Assembly: GCF_040938485.1 (NCBI RefSeq) | Contig: NW_027271416.1 | Location: forward strand, 62,001 to 126,000 | Source of the DNA: Diadema antillarum | Lineage: Eukaryota | Reading direction: 5' to 3' | Length of the DNA stretch: 64,000 bases | Made by a program: the position numbers and the translations under genes | The notes under the pieces: generated by a model | Told to the model about the DNA's origin: nothing | Databases searched by the model: none | Seen by the model: only the letters and a program-made list of their open reading frames with translations | Part shown: in pieces, positions 25,156 through 37,867 of the stretch | How positions within the stretch are numbered: position 1 is the stretch's first letter | How the letters are laid out: each line of letters begins with the position of its first letter

Positions 25156-26887
25156 ATTTTGAAATCAGTGATGATACTGTGCAAGTACTCGAAGTCTCTC
25201 GTGTATCGATCGATACTGACAAGACCTTCCTCGTGCTTCACCCAGGCTACAATGACCGAATCATCTCGACAAACAGCTGGCCAGGCAGACGTACCCTTCT
25301 TCTTCAAGACATTCTCCCTTCTTCCCTCACCATCAAGACACACGATACCTGATTGATCTCTCAGTATCAGTTTCCCCGTGCTGTGAAAGGAGAATAGTTG
25401 CTAAGGTGTACGTCCATCACACAAAATATGCCTGACTGGCTCACCACCCTGTGCAGTAAATACCTGGATCACTTTCGGCTTTCTATAACCTACATAGATA
25501 TTATCATCTCTATCCACAGTGAGACCACCATACCGTCCTTCATTGACGCTCATCGTCTCGAACGTGACGTCAAGCTTCTCCCACTGTGGAGTGTAGAGTG
25601 ACATCCTGTTGTGCATATCACGTACAACACTTCGACCACCAGACAGGAATCCAGTTTCTTGGATTTTTACATTATTCAGCACTGTCTGGGAGTATAAGAG
25701 ATAGATTCCGCCTAAATGGGAACCCACCGCCATCTTACCGTCTGGTACACGAGTCATACAGTTCATGCTGTCTTTGACTGGAAGCTCTATGTCTGCTTTG
25801 ACATCCCACTTGTAACCTTCCAGCTCTCCAAGATAAAGTTCATTGACCTTCACGTATTTACTAAATGAAATCTTCTGAGCTCGTTCGGTCACACCTCTCG
25901 GTGATTTCTCGTCGGGATCATCTCGCCCAAGAAAGATCTTCAAGTTCTCAGACAGCGTGTCGTGTGCAAACAAGGCGTCTTTCTCTAGCGGTAACTAACC
26001 TTAATACTGTTAATTACCCGCTCTTCCATGGTGTTTATGTGATGAATTGTTTGGTGACTCTCTTCCTCCATGGCCTGTAATTTCTTCTCGAATTTTTCAG
26101 ACAATCGTTTCACTTGACATTTCAAGGTCTCTCTTCTGGTTGACAATAGCTGCATGTATTCCTCGTACGTCTTGTCGATGTCATCATTGAGTCTTCTCAT
26201 CATGTTTGTTATTTCATTTCGTTGGGTCTCTATGAAATCGATATGATGTTCAATGGTTGCTCTCTTTGATTTTGTCCTTTCTTGTAACTCCTTGATATTT
26301 TCCATCAATCTCTCATCATGGATAGCAGCCTCTTCGATCTGATGCCCTTCTTCAAAATGCCTCGTCCCGCACTTACGACAGTCATACTCCCGACATCTGA
26401 TGCAGAAACATTCCACATCGTCGTTAGGATGTTTCTCACATTTCCGTCGCCTCTTAAGCGGAACTTTTCCCAAGAGCACCTCGCTCATGGGCACTACTTC
26501 GTGGTTGGAGACCGGTTCCCAAATAGAGTGTGCGTTCTCATTCGATTTACACATATATTTCGCACAGTCCTGATAGAAGGACACAGCTGGCAACCACTCG
26601 TCCTTCTCACAAACTGTGCTTGTTGGATCCTTCGTCTTAACTTCATATACTAGAGAATTTAGGGGTACGACTGTTTGTAACTTACTCACATCTCCACTGG
26701 GTAGAGGCGTTTCTTTCCTGCATACAGGGCATTTTACAGCTTTTTGGTTTGGCTGAGTTTGATAGATGCGTTCCAAACAGTCTTTACAGAAGGTGTGAGA
26801 ACATTCCAGTGATTTGGGTTGGTTGAATAGTGTCAGACAGATAGGACACTCCATATTCTGGCTGCTGATTTCATGAGACGTTGCCAT
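25156..26887 (-). pseudogene. TRIM pseudogene, copy 3
   Basis: ATG at 26887 with RING and B-boxes. Frameshift and stop at ~25985-26000, deletion in the first propeller blade (~25685), last ~33 codons replaced below 25156, acceptor AG changed to GG at 26902-26901. Confidence 0.9.
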
Positions 26888-28045
26888 GGTGTCTGTCCTT
26901 CCGATAGCAAAACAAACAAACAAACAAAAAACACTTAAAGGTAAACGCACCAACGAGTACAAGCAGAAATATGATATTAGCATTTACACCAAAATTGAGA
27001 AGTTCATGGAAAGCATGGTGTAAGAACGTTTACGTTGATATCGGACAAATTAATAACGCACAATTTGTGTTAATATTATAAGTTTACTATGAACAGCTGA
27101 TGAATGCTTTAAATTTGGCCTCAATAAATTTGATTTATGATGGTTCATTTAAATGGAGGAGAACACAATTTGTGTAAACTTCGATGGGATGCTTTCATTA
27201 TTTACGCCCAGGATAGCATCCTTCATTGTTGATTTGAATACATATAGCACACTTACCTCAATTCTGGATGACCCCCTAACATCATTCCCAATAACACAAA
27301 CAAAAATCATTCAAACAGTAAACAAAAAGAGAAAGAATAGTGACAGAAAATCCTATCAGTACGACATACTTCTACCATCTTGCTCCTAATAATTGAAGCG
27401 AATGCCAAACATTCTATTTCAAGTTATTAAATATCAGCAATTGATTATTTAATGAGAAAAAACAATTACCTCTTTGACATGTAGCTAACAAAGTATTACC
27501 AGCTCTGCTGATATTCCAAAATGTTATTGTCATGTTAATAACTGTGGGGACTCAAATTCAACGAAATGCATTTTAAGGAAGGGAACATGTCTTACCATCA
27601 TCGTTATTTTCCTGAACCAATTAGCTGCACATCCACAACAAATTTGAGTAAATTTTTCACTTACCTGCTGACACTATAAAAGAGATTAAAAAATAAACAT
27701 GAATAGCCACCTGTCTCTTATATTTCAGTTGTAAAGAGGAAGTGATTGAGCAGGTCACTGTACAGTGAAAAGGGAGTCCTACTGAGGTTTGACTTGTATC
27801 AAGTTCTTCTCATGTTTCCAATTTCCTCAAACGTCGATCTCTTTACACTAATTTGTGATGAAGTCCTTAGACTTTGGTTTATGTCAAATACATTTTGAAC
27901 AAAAGCAGCAAAATCATAACAGAAATGTTGAACGAACAAACGAGGGAGAATCAATTCTAAGCTTTTGATAAACAGGCATCAAATTCTGTAAAACTCCGTG
28001 CCAGGCACAAGTAACATGCATGTGTGTATATCGTTTCTTATGCTT

Positions 28046-28067
28046 ACCAAGTATGCCGTACTTCTGG
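28046..28067 (-). promoter_or_regulatory. Predicted TRIM leader-exon donor with mutated ETS site (unit 3)
   Basis: TTG|GTAAGC with GT at 28047-28046; CCAGAAGT replaces CCGGAAGT. Confidence 0.5.
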
Positions 28068-29639
28068 ATTCAATATTGCTGATTTTTGTCTAGTTCCGAA
28101 GTCCTGCTTGGAAGTATGGGATCACAACCTGCTTTTGGCTGCTCAGCGAAGGCGAACACATTCAAATATTGAATGTGGTCTTACTTTTAAGGTCAAAACC
28201 CAAACAAAATCTGAAGAGTAAGCTTTTGAACACAGAGGTGCACTATGTAACACTGACAAAATGGCGGCGATTAAAGCAGCTTTCAGTACAATGTCTGCAT
28301 TATTCTTCGTGACCTTTCACAAACATTATGTGTTTATCTGAAAATCACAGCACATAACAATTGTGCCAAAGACGCTTGAATGAGTAAACAGCGCATAATG
28401 AAATTTCGACATGGTTGGATGGTGAGCTATTCATCAGACATTGATGAACATTTTTTTTTTTTTCAAAAGAGAAATACATCAACAAAAGTCATCTTTTTAA
28501 GGGATCACTTCAACGAGAACCTGAGTAAATATGAGACAATTGGTTTTTCAGAAAACTTCGTCTTATCCTTTTGGTGTATAATAGATAGATTTTTTTTGTT
28601 CCTGAGCTTTATCAAACCATGAGAATAAAAAAAAACACATAAAAATTGTATGCTGATGTATGAATAGTTTGATGTTCTGGTGCTTATTGTGGAGAAAACT
28701 AAACTTTATTACAATTACCTTTAACGGGCTGTTAACGCTCGCCCCGTCACCGTACAGGCATGCTAACCTGGAAACATTGAACTGCACGTTACATGAATAT
28801 GAGACCATTCTGAAGCAAATAATTTTCACACAACAATAGATATATATAATGTACTCCTCAATGAATCTACAAGGATTGGAACAATCATCCCCCAGCATTC
28901 CCACTGATCAGGTACTAGCCATCCCCTTTAAGTTAAATTGATTGATTTACCATTGTAGCAAAAGAATGGTCTCATGTCTTTCAGTGGCACTTGTAACCAC
29001 TTTTTCCACCTATTTATTTGGTGCGTTATAAAGTCAAATTATTGACAAGAAAATAAAATCCATAGCATTTTAATCACCAACTAATTTAAGGATTTGTACC
29101 GTCATGGGAACATCACTCCAACTTATTTGCATAAAACGTTTTTGTTTTTGTTTTTGTTTTTTTTTTTGGGGGGGGGGTCTATATCTCTCTTTCGTCATGA
29201 AAAAGAAACTTTGAAATACCATAACTTATCAATGCTTGTCTGATTTGATTGAAATATTTTTGAGTTTGTCGGAATTTACACTTATTATGGGAAAAAGTTA
29301 ACTGATCATTTCGAGAAGGGTTTTCCTTTATAAGAGTAAGACCCTCCTGCTATAAACTTGTGTCAAAGAAATTTCTTCTCCACTCCTCGTCTGCGGTAAA
29401 TCTTTCAAAGGCAAGAATTAAAAAAAAAATCTTGATACCATGAAAATGTGTATGTTCTGCGTGTGTATTACTGTTTGTACCTACGTGTTAATCAGAGTTG
29501 AACGGCAGTTTTGCCTTCTTGTTTTTTTAACCTGAAAATTTCTACCATTATTCTGTACTGTTTCATCATTACTCCCTTTTCACCTCACTCTCAACTTCAC
29601 TCAAGCACAAACACACCTACAAGTTTTGATACGTAAACG

Positions 29640-29676
<37 letters not shown>

Positions 29677-30151
29677 ACGCACACATGCATCACACACACA
29701 CGGAAACACAGCGTAACTTATCATGCATACACACATCAATGAACAAAAATAAAGCTATGCAATACTCTCAAAATGGCAACAAAATGAAACAGGTAGAAAT
29801 GAAGAAGATCTACATGTCAAAAGACAATGTTTATTAATAGACATCATGATAAACAACCATGCTGCTGAATTCAAGTCAGAAACATCGAGAGTTTTTCAGA
29901 TAACAAAAACAGAATTGTAAAGTCGAAAGCATGCCAAAGTTTTGTTTTCAGCAAAGAGTCAAATGGAACTCTCAACATGTGATATTACACATCACATCTT
30001 AGTCCCTCCTATAAAAAGTGTGGCAGCATCACAGCGTTCAGTGCGGAACAACGAAGGCGTATGGGTGACCAACCATGTAGAATGGCGACTGACTGTGGTA
30101 GAGACTCCCTTCACGGTATGGCGATGGATACGAAGAAGTCGGTCGGCTGCT

Positions 30152-31298
30152 TCAGGAGAGGAAGTCTACAGACATCAAGGGATTGGTGGCGCCCTGCTGC
30201 TTTTGATGAGATGTTGTCTGTCGCAAACTGATGATGTCACGTTCGTCGCTGATGCGGAAAGTCGACCAGGAACCCGGTGATCGGCTGCTACGAGACAGGA
30301 AATCGACTGACATCGGTGAAGCGTTGATGGTGAGCTTCTTGGGCGGCGATGTGTTCTCCTGGTCGATGACGTCGCATTCGGTTGATCGCTTACGCTTTTC
30401 TTTAGATGAAGACTCCGGTCCTTCGACGTCGCTTGGTCTGTTGATCTGGTTGCCTCTGATGTCTGGTCGAGTAGAGAGGGAGTTGAGTGAAGCTCGACGA
30501 ACGCGTGAACGTCGATTCTGAAACCAGACCTAAAGATAAAGAAAAGAAATACATGACTTTACCATGATCATGTGCTTCATGAAGAAACAGAACTTGTAAT
30601 TGACATAAATCCTTTAAAGCTGATACACAATGTATTTTAGGATAGATTGTAGATAATAGTTGTAGGGTATGGCAAATTGTTTTTATACAATTACTGATTA
30701 ACCACAAAGAATTCACAGATTATGAGAAAATAATGAATTGTTAGCTCCGGGCAACGATTTTTCTGGCTGGAACTGAAAATGTTTGAGTCCTATATTTACG
30801 TAGGTAATATGATATTCATTCTAAATAATAAAAAAAAATCCAATGTGTAAACTGTTTTTAACAAGCGTCATATCATTTTGTCGCTGAAAGTCATTCAAAC
30901 AATTTATAACATATAATTATATAGCCTTGATGATATATGTATACATCTCTATCATAAATGTATAGATATCCATGAGAAAAGAAATCAGTCACAGGATTCT
31001 TCTTTCTAGGTTGATTATATTTATTCATTCATACAAATGTTATAGGTGAATAACATCTTCAGCTTTATAATTACTTAACATAGCCCTGATTACATACTTG
31101 TATTCTGTCTTCATCGAGGCCGAGTGAGGCAGCCAGTTTCTCTCTAGAAATGATGTCGGGATATCGGTCAATGTCGAATTCAGCCTTCAGCCTTTCGAGC
31201 TGCCATTCGGTAAACACGGTCGGACGTCGACGACGAAGGCCTTTGATAGGAACGGACGCCGAGACTTGAGGGAGAAGGGAAAGCGGTGAATCAGCCAT
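30152..31298 (-). CDS. pmar1: pmar1/micro1-like PRD-class (Q50) homeobox repressor, gene B. Exons 31298-31098 and 30529-30152; 192 aa, shortened by 38 aa relative to the ancestral stop at 30038-30040
   Basis: Phase-0 GT-AG intron (568 nt) between homeodomain codons 46 and 47 (RIQ|VWFQNRR), the typical PRD-class position. RRRRPTVFT N-arm and two MSVDFLS eh1-like motifs. AATAAA on the minus strand at 29830-29835. The pmar1 name is from recall of the family, not from a search. Confidence 0.65.
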
Positions 31299-31471
31299 GA
31301 TGAATTGGATTGGTTTTGTAATGATGCCGGTTTGTAGGAAAAACCTCAAGGTGCGACTTAACTTCAAGAAAATCGGAATGAAGTGTGGTGATATTATTAA
31401 AGTAGCTGGTAGCTATGAATTGGAGAAGCCAAATACCACTCGCTCAAGCCATAAACAAGCAAAGTTGTTTG

Positions 31472-31638
31472 ATTGGTCCAATAATCCGACCAATAGGCGT
31501 GACAGGATTAGCGAATGAGGTAAAGTTTTAGTTTCTTGAATGCCCACAGACTTCAGCTATTCAAAGGGAAGTGCGGGTGTCCTAATCCATGTCGCAAATT
31601 ACACATGGTTACAAGAGGGTTATGACTTTTCCTTTGTT
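31472..31638 (-). promoter_or_regulatory. Proximal promoter of gene B: CCAAT boxes, Otx-type and TCF-type sites
   Basis: ATTGG 31472; CCAAT 31478 and 31490; TAATCC/GGATTA 31482, 31505 and 31583; TTCAAAG 31560; CTTTGTT 31632. Confidence 0.55.
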
Positions 31639-32389
31639 CATTAGCGGTCTGATTGTCGGTCCGCTGCCAACAAACCAAACAATACCCTTGTAGCAACTTC
31701 CTAAGATGGACAAGGAACAAAAGGAGTAGATGAACAATAGGATAACCCCTGCGTTTGTGGTACAGTCGATTATTACTGACTATGGTTCTATTTTGCAGAT
31801 CCTGGATACTATCTCGGTGTGGTCTCTGACTTACTATGGAGTATGATTTGATTCAGTGACACGTTGATTTTTGCTTTAATTTGATTTAAAATTATCAGTA
31901 AATGGCAAATGTAACTGTTGAAATTGGAGGTATATCGTTTAGAGTAGCGGCAATTTTGCACGTAAAGGTCAATCTGACCATGACATCAGTAGGACTGACT
32001 AACAGTCAGATTTAATCTCCAAATAATTCATCTCTGAAAATCTTTATGAAGAGCAAAACCAAATTCTCGCCCATGCTCAAGATGACTCTAGTAAATGCAA
32101 TCAAAATCAAACCAAAAAAGACACAGTGAATTTGTCACTATTGAAAAAGAAATAGAGAAAATTACAAGATTCGAAGTTTAAATAATTTACATAGGGTACT
32201 AACGTCATCGACTCTTTTGACTTTAAAAAAAAAAACGAGAAACATTGAATTGTCAAATCACATATGACTCCTCTCCTGACTTTTTTTTTTGTTTGTTTTA
32301 CTTTAATTTTTTGGCCCAACATGTTTTTTTTCTGTGGACTCGGTCCACCTGGGTATGGCTAATGTCGAGCTCTGTGTGATGAAATAATA

Positions 32390-32500
32390 CGCATGTATGA
32401 ATATTATTCGAAGTTGGATTTGATGCTTACTTTAACGGTAATCTCAAGCTGCTATTTGCTGAACGTAGTCAGGCGTCAATGTCGCTTGGTAGGAACGGAC
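32390..32500 (-). pseudogene. Heavily decayed pmar1-like exon-1 fragment F
   Basis: Reads SVPTKRH*RLTTFSK*QLE against SVPTKGLRRRRPTVFTEWQLE. TTGGTAGGAACGGAC is identical to remnant A. Confidence 0.65.
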
Positions 32501-34196
32501 TTTTAAGTTTGACGATGATCTCTGTGCATACTATCAATAGTTTATATAGAGTTTAGTGATCGAGAAGAGAGTGTGATGAATTAGCTATGTTGGAAAGTCG
32601 TTAGAGACTTTAGTATAAGGCATGTAAGGTGAGAACTTTTGATGTGTGCAGCCAAGTGAAATGTTTATATTTTTTGATTCCCCGTATGACCAGATATCCT
32701 AGGTAAGTTCACCAGTTTCCATTCAGAGAAAGTCTGACAGGTCAAACCAAAAGACGAATGAGATTGGGTAATAACGGCACAGAATGGGACGTAGTTCCGT
32801 ATCATAACTGATCTATCTGTAACTTGGGTTCTTTCACTGACTGATGTAGTTCCACTTGTCAGGTATAGACTAAAAGGATGAGAAGCTTGCGGCAATTAAA
32901 CTGACACACGAAGCAATACACTGAGACAATGGTTTTCTTCCAACGAGATTACACTAATCTCTTTGCTTTCTTTTCACTCGAAACGCGCTCCCTGGTTGTT
33001 AGATCCTATTATAATCCCTAATCATGACAGGATGCAAGAAATCTAGGAGCAGATCGTATATAATTAAGTTCGTCCTTTAATTGACCAACCCACACAGAGG
33101 AAAGTTCTATCCTATCAAAGAGTTGAGATCAAAGTTTCGCCGAAGATTATTTTGGAGTAAAGTATCCCTGTCAATCATGGCCATAGTATGTCAATCGTGT
33201 TATCTTTCCATCAGTCAAGTTGAATTGTTCTGATAGTGCTAGACACAGGTTATGTTCAATTACTGTACAGAGAGGATGGGTCATCATCTCCTATACTGTA
33301 TTGATGTTCATATAGGTCCCAAGTATCGGTGTGCGCATGTAAGCATATAATATATATGCATTTGGCTATGTACGTATAATTATATCAACGGATCATGTAT
33401 GTAAGTTTGTATGTATAAACCTGCTTTTTGATAAGAGAGAAAATATAAATGGGATGAAGTGAAAACTTTTATATCTGACAGATGTCTGATAAATGGAAGG
33501 GTGAGATTCATGATTGTGTAAAATTACATGCAGATAAAAATGAATCAAACATAGTCTCGTGATAAAAGCAATAAGACGTGTTTCAACCAGAGCACACACT
33601 AATGGGGTCCTCACGCACGAATGAATCGATAAACCAGCAACCCTTGACAATAAGAAGGCGAAATGAAAACTTCACCTCGTACTACTGTGATTCAAGAAAA
33701 AAAGATTACAGCAACTCTTTGAAACTCTATGATCCGTATTCTGCGCTATCACTTAATTTATAACACATTAACAATTAAAGAATATCTGTATAGCTTCTAA
33801 CGGAAAATGTATTTGTTTGTAATGATGCCATAACGACTTGACATCTGTTCAGGGTTTGCAAGAAAGCGTTGGGTCACTCTGATTTAGCCAAAAGGGGATG
33901 ATCTTAGTTTGAAAGACCAGCTTTGGGGACAAGATTTGTGTCGTTATTCCTCGACCTGTATAAGTATGATTATCATCCGCAATATAAGTAGCTGGCATAT
34001 TGCACTGAAATGATGCATTGCCTTGGCTGTGAACATGTAGAAAGAATTTTGTGTGGAGATTGTGTGGAGATTGGTGTGTGTCCGAATGCAGTGTTATGAG
34101 CAGAGGTCTACAACAGGAAAAACTTTAATATTTCATATGACCTTTCCAAGCATAAGAAGGCTAAACACTTCATTTGCTTTCTTTGATCTCTTCCGT

Positions 34197-34353
34197 NNNN
34201 NNNNNNNNNNNNNNNNNNNNNNNNNNNNNNNNNNNNNNNNNNNNNNNNNNNNNNNNNNNNNNNNNNNNNNNNNNNNNNNNNNNNNNNNNNNNNNNNNNNN
34301 NNNNNNNNNNNNNNNNNNNNNNNNNNNNNNNNNNNNNNNNNNNNNNNNNNNNN
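34197..34353. other. Assembly gap (157 N)
   Basis: Run of n. Confidence 1.
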
Positions 34354-34513
34354 GTATGGGCGATATGTTTGTGTGTATGTGTGAATGTATTCGCCGTTTC
34401 ATTCTATCATCCTGTTGCATAGATTGCATAATATTTATTTGAAGGAAAACTATAAAAGCACTCAAATACACTGACATTCATAATACAGATGAAGTATATG
34501 ATATGTATACACA

Positions 34514-34584
<71 letters not shown>

Positions 34585-34886
34585 GCAATACAAGTGGATC
34601 AAGAAACACGTGCGTGCTAATTACACAACAAATACTCCTCAATGAAAAAGTATAATTGTTCAAGAAGTTGATTTGGTAATAGACATTTATTTACAACCAT
34701 AATTCAAAATTTTGCTTCACATCATAATGATAACGTCACAGAACAGGTTTCACAACGACTCGTCACGACGAATGTCCAGGACCAAGATGATATGACATTA
34801 GGATCGTTATGAAGAATATAAGCGATGGGTTGTGGTAATGAAGGGTGGTATGTCACTCCTATGAAAGTGTGGCAGCATCACAGCGT

Positions 34887-36020
34887 TCAGTGCGGTACAA
34901 CGAAGACATACGGAAGACCAACCATGTAGAATGGCGACGGGCTGTGGTAGAGACTCCCTTCACCAGTATGTTCACGGTATGGCGATGGATACGAAGAAGT
35001 CGGTCGGTTGCTTCGGGAGAGGAAGTCTACAGACATCAAGGGATTGGTGGCGCCCTGCTGCTTTCGATGAGATGTCGTCTGCTGCAAACTCATGATGTCA
35101 CGCTCGTCGCTGATGCGGAAAGTCGACCAGGAACCGGGTGATCGGCTGCTACGAGACAGGAAATCGACTGACATCGGTGAGTCGTTGATGGCGAACTTCT
35201 TGGGCGGCGGTGTGTTCTCCTGGTCGAGGACGTCGCTTGTAGCAAAGTGTTTCCTCTTACGCAGGCAGTCAGGCTCACTTTCAGCAACGTCGAGACGGTT
35301 GTTGATGGAAGGTGAGGAGGACTTGAGGGAGGATGGACGATGACGTGAGCGACGGTTCTGAAACCAGACCTGGAAAGAAAATAAAGAAAACAAGACTAAG
35401 CTTAGTTAAAAATCAACCTAACAAAAAAAAAAAACACCAATGTATACTTCTATCCTAATATAAAGCCTGCTCAATTCGGCCTCTTGAAACACTAGTTGCA
35501 CAGCTTCGATTACAGTTTGTTTTGTATAAAAACTGAATCAATATTCATTTGGTAATATATAAGCAAGAAGAATTGTTGATGATAAGAGGTTACTTTATTT
35601 GTTCCTATAATGTCCTGCCTATTATGCTATTATACTGCTTCACATAATTAAATTCGATATTTCATAGTAACAAACTCAGACTATCAGTAATATTAATATG
35701 TAGTGTCATTTAAACGCCAATTGAAATGCTTTTAATTAGTTGATAACTTAAACATTGGTCGACTACATCTTTTCATACCAGATACTATGCCGTATATCTA
35801 ATATGACAATGAAACCTACGTGTATTCTGTCCTCATTCAGGCCCAGTGTAGCAGCCAGTTTCTTCCTGGAAACGATGTCGGGATATTGGTCGATGTCGAA
35901 CTCGGCCTTCAGTCTCTCGAGTTGCCATTCGGTGAACCTAGTCTTACGTCGAGGACGAGGTCGCTTGGAAGGAGCAGACATCGGGACGTGAGGCAGAAGT
36001 GAGAGCGACGAATCAGCCAT
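34887..36020 (-). CDS. pmar1: pmar1/micro1-like PRD-class (Q50) homeobox repressor, gene C, intact, 227 aa. Exons 36020-35820 and 35369-34887
   Basis: Homeodomain RPRRKTRFTEWQLERLKAEFDIDQYPDIVSRKKLAATLGLNEDRIH|VWFQNRRSRHRPSS. 450-nt intron GTAGGT...TTCCAG. MSVDFLS motifs at 35154-35174 and 35016-35036. AATAAA on the minus strand at 34686-34691. Confidence 0.7.
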
Positions 36021-36216
36021 GTTGGATAGCGATTATAGCCTTAGAGATGTTTGAGGGATCAGTGACGGGTAATCTTGTTCGGACGTTCACCCAAGTAAGA
36101 GACAAATTGCTTGTGATTAGCTTCTGTCCCAGTTGATCCGGTTCGTAGTTTTCATTTCACGGAAAGCTATAATTCCTATCTGTGCTGCATGTATGATATG
36201 GGAATAGGCCCAGTTG

Positions 36217-36246
36217 ATTGGTCAGACTGTGTAACCAATGGGATTA
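36217..36246 (-). promoter_or_regulatory. Proximal promoter of gene C: inverted CCAAT pair plus Otx-type site
   Basis: ATTGG 36217, CCAAT 36235, GGATTA 36241; same 18-bp offset as in gene B. Confidence 0.55.
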
Positions 36247-36548
36247 ACGAGGGATGGACGAGGCGGTAAATCTGTTTTACTCAAAACAAAAGCAGCCACC
36301 TCTTTGCCGGCAAAGATCAAACTGCTTATTTCAACAATGCACTAACAATAGCCTGATAGCTCGCGGGCGGTGCGTACGCTTTAATCATTGCGCGTCTCAT
36401 CCTTATTCACTTGTCACACTTTCCGTCTTTGTTCGTGCTATTGTTCGAGAAATGTATAGACTTGCCCCCTTTCAATGGGGATGTTTTACAGGATGTAATT
36501 TAAGTAAGTCGAAAGTTCGGCAAGTTGTAAAGAAATGACCGGCGGAGT

Positions 36549-36584
36549 CTGTCAGTCAGTCACTGTCAGTCAGTCTGTCAATCA
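36549..36584 (-). promoter_or_regulatory. Three TGAYTGACAG (PBX-MEIS/PREP decamer-type) motifs
   Basis: CTGTCAGTCA at 36549 and 36563; CTGTCAATCA at 36575. Confidence 0.4.
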
Positions 36585-37867
36585 CAATCGTTCGAGACGT
36601 GTAGGTGTCGTATAGAAGATGCGAAAGCGAAGCTGATGTTCAAACAGGATGTAATTACAATCATTGCCCTGTGTGGTGATTATTGCAAATCGTTATCCTT
36701 ACCCTCGATATGAAATTGATACCCGTTTCGGGTTCATAATGTATAACTATAAATAAAAACTGATAACTACTATCACTCACAGTCTACACCCAGACATTTT
36801 GCGTTTGTTTGTATTTCATGTCGCGTGTGCCTATGAGTCGAATTATCTCTATGCAAAAAGCAACAATAATAACGAACACCAATAGGCTCATAATGATAAC
36901 ATTACGGCAGAATTTGCTTTTGTTTATCCAGAATAGCCAAGATGTCCTAAGACAGTCTAAATGTTAGCACTTCACTGCAGAGGATCTTATCATTGTTATT
37001 AAAAGACGATAACATTGTCAGGTATCCATTCATCACCCAGGTAACACATAATTCTTTGTCCACTGATGACCTGTCGGAATCGAAGTCAGGACCACAGAAT
37101 ATCAAGTTCACTCTCACAAAATTAAGGCCAGTTGGTAAGAATAATCCCATGTAACATATTTTCATACGTCACAAGACCGAAGTGATTTTCTCATTATAAA
37201 CTCTTCTGTACAAGTCCTACATGGTGACCAATATCTTAGCCCAAGAGATTTGCCAGTATATTGTTGTGATCATTATGCTATCGCTCTTTGTGATTGATTA
37301 TCATGGTCATTGATGAACTTTGATATATTTCGAGTTCGTAACTAGAAATCACTGTTACATCTGTACGTGTTACATTCATTTTGTCCACGCTATACCTGAA
37401 TACACAGTGCAAAAAGATCGGTGTCCCTAACACAAGCCAGTCGATAGAGGGCCACATGCACTGACAGATGTAGAAAGTATATTGTGATGGTGTTGAAAAG
37501 TGTTTACCTGGCACTTCGTAGTGTTAATTTGAAACTGTAGCTGATGATACTTGGGAAACTACTTGGTGTTGAATTGGCATCACTGATGTTAATTTCAATG
37601 GTATAACACCCACCCCGTGTGAATAGGAGACCACACCAACTGGTGTTACTGTGGTGTAAATGTATTCTCGATTTTTTGTTTTCTCAAAAATTAAGGTCTT
37701 TAACGGAAAGTTCTTGTTCGTTTTGTTGAAGTTCAAAATCAAAAAGAAAAACAGGACCTAATTACAGGATGTGTTAATCTAACACCGCAAATGAGCACCG
37801 GGAATTTAACACATGCCGTTGAATTACACACAGACACAGACAGACAGACACACGCGCACACGCACAC

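Noticed and set aside
34053-34477. ORFs containing long X runs
   Set aside because: Artefacts of translating the N gap.
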